From contig NC_003272.1 in the NCBI RefSeq assembly GCF_000009705.1, positions 5,490,001 through 5,522,000 on the forward strand: 32,000 bases of DNA, read 5' to 3'. The stretch is from Nostoc sp. PCC 7120 = FACHB-418 (GTDB taxonomy: Bacteria > Cyanobacteriota > Cyanobacteriia > Cyanobacteriales > Nostocaceae). Shown here in pieces: positions 28,469-32,000 of this stretch (the first letter of the stretch is position 1; the number at the start of each line of letters is the position of its first letter). The notes below the pieces were generated by a model, which saw only the letters and a program-made list of their open reading frames with translations, did no database searches and had not been told where the DNA came from. The translations under genes and the position numbers were made by a program.

Positions 28469-29620
28469 TTGCTTGCCAATCTGGCTTATATCGAGGAATT
28501 TATTGTGGTTGCCACACCGGAAAAACTACAAAATACACAGGAACATTTATCAACCCAAGACCGAGTAGCCGTGTTGCTCATGGGTTATGGTGAAGTTGAA
28601 AGCTACGAAGATTTTGCTAACTATAACGAACAGGCGCTCAATCTACTGACAGCAAAATTCGCACCTGTACCGACTTGGATTTATCCGCCGTTAGCAAAGT
28701 TACTGGCGTTATTTGACCGTCACGAATGGGGACATCAACACCACGATTTTATTTCCCCTCACAACGCCATCTTTGAAAAGCAGCGTGCTGGCATTGAACA
28801 AAATTTACAAGCAAAATGGGGCGATCGCATTCAAGTTTTCAAAGCTTTTAATTTTTGCGCTCCTTTTTTACCTAACCAAGTTTTGGCGGAAATCAAAAGT
28901 CAAGGTTTTGACAAAATTCTGATTTATCCCCTACTAGTCGTTGATTCCATTTTCACCAGTGGGATTGCTATTGAACAAGTTAACAACGCTTTAACTGAGA
29001 CAAATGATGGTGAAAATCATTGGCTGAAAGCATTACGTTATATACCTTCCTTCTATAACGAGCCAGAATACATCCATTTAATGGCTCATCTGGTAGAGGA
29101 GAAAATTAACGCTGATTTAGCCACAGCTTATTTACCTTCCCAAATTGGCATTGTGTTGATGAATCATGGTTGTCCTCACAAAGCCAAAGGTTTCACCTCT
29201 GGAATTGTCGAAAGTCAAGCGTTGTACGACCTGGTGCGGGAAGAGTTAATTTATAAGTATCCCCTCATTTCCGTGGGTTGGCTGAATCATGACACCCCCT
29301 TAATTGAATGGACGCAACCCAACGCAGAGCAAGCAGCTAAAAACCTGATTCAATTGGGTGCAAAGGTTATTATCTTTATGCCTATTGGCTTTGCTACAGA
29401 AAACCACGAAACTTTACTAGATGTACACCACATAATTCATGATTTAGAGAAGAAATATTCTGGTGTGGATTATGTGCAGATGGCTTGTGTGAATGACCAT
29501 CCAGAGTTTTTGGCGATGGCGGCTGAATGGGCAAATGCTCAGATTGCTGAGTTGCAGCATGAGCAAGCAGTGGCAATCAACCCACAATTAGCTGTACATC
29601 ATCATCACCATCATCACTAG
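28469..29620 (+). CDS. Divergent ferrochelatase-family (class II chelatase) protein with a C-terminal His7 tail
   Basis: It is collinear with ferrochelatase as I recall it: VAVLLMGYGE (compare LLLNLGGP), ILIYPLLVVDSIFTSG (compare LPLYPQFSxxT), IPSFYNEPEYI (compare IxSWxxxPxYI), IVLMNHGCP (compare FSAHGxP), IEWTQPN (compare VEWLQPY), MPIGFATENHETLLDV (compare VPISFVSEHIETLxEID). It ends in HHHHHHH*. TTG start is uncertain. Confidence 0.6.
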   Translation: MLANLAYIEEFIVVATPEKLQNTQEHLSTQDRVAVLLMGYGEVESYEDFANYNEQALNLLTAKFAPVPTWIYPPLAKLLALFDRHEWGHQHHDFISPHNAIFEKQRAGIEQNLQAKWGDRIQVFKAFNFCAPFLPNQVLAEIKSQGFDKILIYPLLVVDSIFTSGIAIEQVNNALTETNDGENHWLKALRYIPSFYNEPEYIHLMAHLVEEKINADLATAYLPSQIGIVLMNHGCPHKAKGFTSGIVESQALYDLVREELIYKYPLISVGWLNHDTPLIEWTQPNAEQAAKNLIQLGAKVIIFMPIGFATENHETLLDVHHIIHDLEKKYSGVDYVQMACVNDHPEFLAMAAEWANAQIAELQHEQAVAINPQLAVHHHHHHH

Positions 29621-29625
29621 AATTA

Positions 29626-29715
29626 GGGGTGTAAGGGTGTAAGGGTATAAGGGTGTAGGGGTGTAGGGGTGTAGGGGTGTAGGGGTGTAGTTTTCACCAC
29701 CCTTACACCCTTATT
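29626..29715. repeat. Octamer tandem array (3 x GGTGTAAG-type, 5 x GGTGTAGG) followed by a partial inverted complement
   Basis: GGGGTGTAAGGGTGTAAGGGTATAAGGGTGTAGGGGTGTAGG... (29626-29690), then TTTTCACCACCCTTACACCCTTATT. This can fold back on the array and may act as a terminator for the chelatase-like gene. Confidence 0.8.
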
Positions 29716-29937
29716 AAGTTTTGGCTCAAATTACGTTGTAATTCCCGAATGGCAATGCTGGTGCTACCCTCAGCAGCTAATCGAGGAAAATAATTTTTTA
29801 CTTTGTTAGATCCTATGCAGGACTGCGTTAATTAGGATGACCGATGCGGGCGGTGGAAACCCTTTATGATTATACTCGATTACGTAAAGTACTATACCAA
29901 GAATCATGCTATAATACTTAAGATTTGTAGAAATAGG

Positions 29938-30414
29938 CTAACTTGCTACACCGGGATTTAGTTGGAGTAATAACCAAGTTAGATAAGTACCAAATGGCCC
30001 CCAGAGGGCGTAGGGAAGGAATAGCCAAGAGGCTTTTGGGGAAATGGGCTTGACTACGAAGGCTAAAATATACACTAGTAGCGTTGCCAAGCCACCCATA
30101 ATTATTCCCCCTGTGAGGCTCCGCAGTTCTACTACAATAGGACTATACGCAGAGGTAGAAATGGCGATCGCTGCATAAATAGCCATCAAATACCAAGGTC
30201 GAAAGCCCTGTCTTGTCCTTTTTTCCCAAACAATAATTGCAGAAATGGTTGTACAAGCCCAAATGAAAGTCCAAACAAACGGGATGATAAATTCAAAGGT
30301 CAGCCAGTCGGGACGTTGTAAGTTTTGAAACCAGGGGTCACGCAGCGATGTAAACAGGCTACCACCAAAAAACAATGCTGCTGAAACTGCTGTGATGATC
30401 CATCTCGCTTTCAC
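29938..30414 (-). CDS. tspO: TspO/MBR family (tryptophan-rich sensory, tetrapyrrole-binding) membrane protein
   Basis: 158 aa with 5 hydrophobic helices. WFQNLQRPDWLTFEFIIPFVWTFIW and the Trp-rich C-terminus WLFLPYALWGPFGTYLTWLL. Confidence 0.8.
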   Translation of the reverse strand: MKARWIITAVSAALFFGGSLFTSLRDPWFQNLQRPDWLTFEFIIPFVWTFIWACTTISAIIVWEKRTRQGFRPWYLMAIYAAIAISTSAYSPIVVELRSLTGGIIMGGLATLLVYILAFVVKPISPKASWLFLPYALWGPFGTYLTWLLLQLNPGVAS

Positions 30415-30498
30415 AAGGTTTTTCTAAAATAATGGTCTACTTGCAGTTTAGACAATTATTGGCGATCGCTGCATATTATAAGGAGTTGTGATCCTAAT

Positions 30499-31113
30499 TT
30501 AAGGCCACCCAAGGGGCGATCGCCGCAAGAATAACTGAGTAATATAGTAGGTGTTGCCTATTCGCCACACTCCTACACCTGTCTCCGCAAATACGGGGCG
30601 GAGAATATTTTCTCGATGTCCAGGGCTTTTCATCCACCCTTCAATCGCTGACGGTACAGGACGAGGAATATTTGTGCTTGTGTATAGATTTTCACCGACT
30701 ACCCAATAAGAAATACCACCAGCACGGACTCTATCTGCTGGGGTGCTGCCATCCGCGCCAGTATGACTAAAGAATTTCTTCTCTGCCATTTGTCTGCTGT
30801 ATTGACGGGCAACCTGCGCTAATTTGACGTTATTTTGTAAAGGTTGTAACCCGTTTTTTTGACGTACTTGGTTGATTCCTTGGCGGACGGCTGCTTCAAT
30901 TTGGGCAGAGGTGGCAGATTCTACAGGAATTTGAGGCTTTAGTGGTTGATTTGATGGTATTTCAACCGTTGGCAGAGGTGGCAAAGATTCAATTACCTGC
31001 TCACAGCCTGTGGATAATAAGGCGATCGCCAACGGTAGGGCGTAGCCCATGGCACCCCACATTACCCAAATATTTTTGAGTAACATATTTTTATATTTGT
31101 ATAGTAATTTCAC
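30499..31113 (-). CDS. CAP/SCP (YkwD-like) domain secreted protein or lipoprotein
   Basis: NQVRQKNGLQPLQNNVKLAQVARQYSRQMAEKKFFSHTGADGSTPADRV ... GENL ... WMKSPGHRENIL ... ETGVGVW. Signal peptide with a possible lipobox (LLSTGC). The start may be ATG 31086 rather than GTG 31113. Confidence 0.85.
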   Translation of the reverse strand: MKLLYKYKNMLLKNIWVMWGAMGYALPLAIALLSTGCEQVIESLPPLPTVEIPSNQPLKPQIPVESATSAQIEAAVRQGINQVRQKNGLQPLQNNVKLAQVARQYSRQMAEKKFFSHTGADGSTPADRVRAGGISYWVVGENLYTSTNIPRPVPSAIEGWMKSPGHRENILRPVFAETGVGVWRIGNTYYITQLFLRRSPLGWP

Positions 31114-31470
31114 TTATTCTTCCTTAAACAGTATTTTTACTGCTCTGTGCGTAACAGTTTAATTAATTTCTAGTGTTCCAATATTTATACTTTAGACAAT
31201 TTTTGCATAACATAACAACTAATTGCTGCCCATTTATTTGGCAAATTTTAAGGCTTTTAACCAGACAATAGCTGCTAAATTAACAATTATGATTGAGCGA
31301 ACTGGCATAATATAAAAGAAGTGTATACAGATAGTTAACATAGTTCAATCGCTACAAATTCAAGAGAAATTAACAGCAGATAATCTGTATATTTAACTGC
31401 AAAAATCGAGGGGATTTAGCTGCGAAATTTGGTTGCTTATAATTTTTACATTGATTTCGCAGAGGGGTTT

Positions 31471-32000
31471 ATGAGTCAAATCGACATCGAAAAACTTCAT
31501 CTTTGGGTACAAGATAGAGACACTGTATTAAAATACAGCAATCATGTTGAGTGGCGTTATGGTGAAAAGCCAGATTATACCCATTCTGATGCAAAACTTG
31601 CTCAAGAAAGTACACGTAATCACCCATCCAATTCATTGGAAACACTAGTCCAAAACTTAGTGCGTACCTTTGATATTGAAGCTAACTTTAAAACAAATCC
31701 TGCTCAGTGGCTTTCTGTTGTTCCCGACCAATTTCGCATGAGTACCAATGGAGGTTCTCGCCATACCATCACAGACTTGATTAATTCAGGTACTTATAAA
31801 TTGATGATTGGCAATACCAAAAATTACAAAGCCACTGAGGAAAACTTTGAAACTTCCACTGGTCTATTTCATACAGCTTTTCCCGATGGCTTTTTGTGGG
31901 AAGTACTAGAAGTTTATTCTGGGGCGCCGGAGATTGTTTTTAAATGGCGACACTGGGGTGAGTTTAAAGGTGAATTTAAAGGCTATGCAGCTACGGGCGA
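31471..32000 (+). CDS. Homologue of plant 'pathogen-related protein' (PRP; SnoaL/NTF2-like), 3'-truncated by the window edge
   Basis: My own translation from ATG 31471 is open to the end of the window (176 codons): MSQIDIEKLHLWVQDRDTV...SLETLVQNLVRTFDIEANFKTNP...FRMSTNGG...FHTAFPDGFLWEVLEVYSGAPEIVFKWRHWGEFKGEFKGYAATG. From memory, the FPxGFxWEVLxVYSGPPxIxFKxRHWG block matches the barley PRP family. It is absent from the ORF track because it has no stop. Confidence 0.65.
   Translation, partial: MSQIDIEKLHLWVQDRDTVLKYSNHVEWRYGEKPDYTHSDAKLAQESTRNHPSNSLETLVQNLVRTFDIEANFKTNPAQWLSVVPDQFRMSTNGGSRHTITDLINSGTYKLMIGNTKNYKATEENFETSTGLFHTAFPDGFLWEVLEVYSGAPEIVFKWRHWGEFKGEFKGYAATG

Noticed and set aside
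29706-29800. Minus-strand peptide fragment (…LAAEGSTSIAIRELQRNLSQNLIRV*) downstream of the octamer array
   Set aside because: There is no start codon and it is bounded upstream by a stop. At best it is a gene remnant, and I cannot assign a family.

Overview
The window looks like chromosomal DNA from a filamentous Nostoc/Anabaena-type cyanobacterium. I base this on frequent HIP1 palindromes (GCGATCGC), STRR-type heptamer arrays in intergenic spacers, and the gene content. Most of it is housekeeping: a 5'-truncated psbA (D1), an ACT-domain malic enzyme, the glycine-cleavage genes gcvT-gcvH-gcvP on the minus strand, the acetolactate synthase large subunit, an MFS transporter, a lumenal pentapeptide-repeat protein, TspO, a CAP/SCP-domain protein and a divergent ferrochelatase-like protein.

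The accessory part is an island of about 9 kb (about 5.5-14.7 kb), bounded by a 32/33-nt hairpin-containing direct repeat. It carries one plus-strand type I restriction-modification operon (hsdM ... hsdS ... hsdR) into which five extra genes or gene remnants are packed:
- an RHH antitoxin followed by a 7-codon PIN-toxin stub;
- a Uma2 (PD-(D/E)xK) endonuclease;
- a second RHH antitoxin whose first 145 nt nearly duplicate the first one, followed by an intact VapC;
- an AT-rich 224-aa ORF of unknown function between a C-terminally truncated hsdS and hsdR, ending in an ATGA overlap with the hsdR start. It has an RN-x3-H (HEPN/DUF4145-like) motif.

I consider this restriction-linked ORF the best candidate for an undescribed defence module, because it sits in the same slot that prrC occupies in the E. 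coli prr locus. The hsdR 3' end is frameshifted and decayed.

Other points worth a second look:
- a 434-aa protein ending in two SMN-like Tudor repeats;
- an orphan, shortened HicB-like gene overlapping a DUF2207-like gene;
- a ferrochelatase paralogue with a natural His7 tail, close to TspO;
- a zinc-ribbon tail on acetolactate synthase;
- a 42-bp hairpin-forming tandem array and a MITE-like element at the left edge of the island.

I saw no rRNA, tRNA or CRISPR array. All family assignments come from motif recognition by eye; no database search was run.
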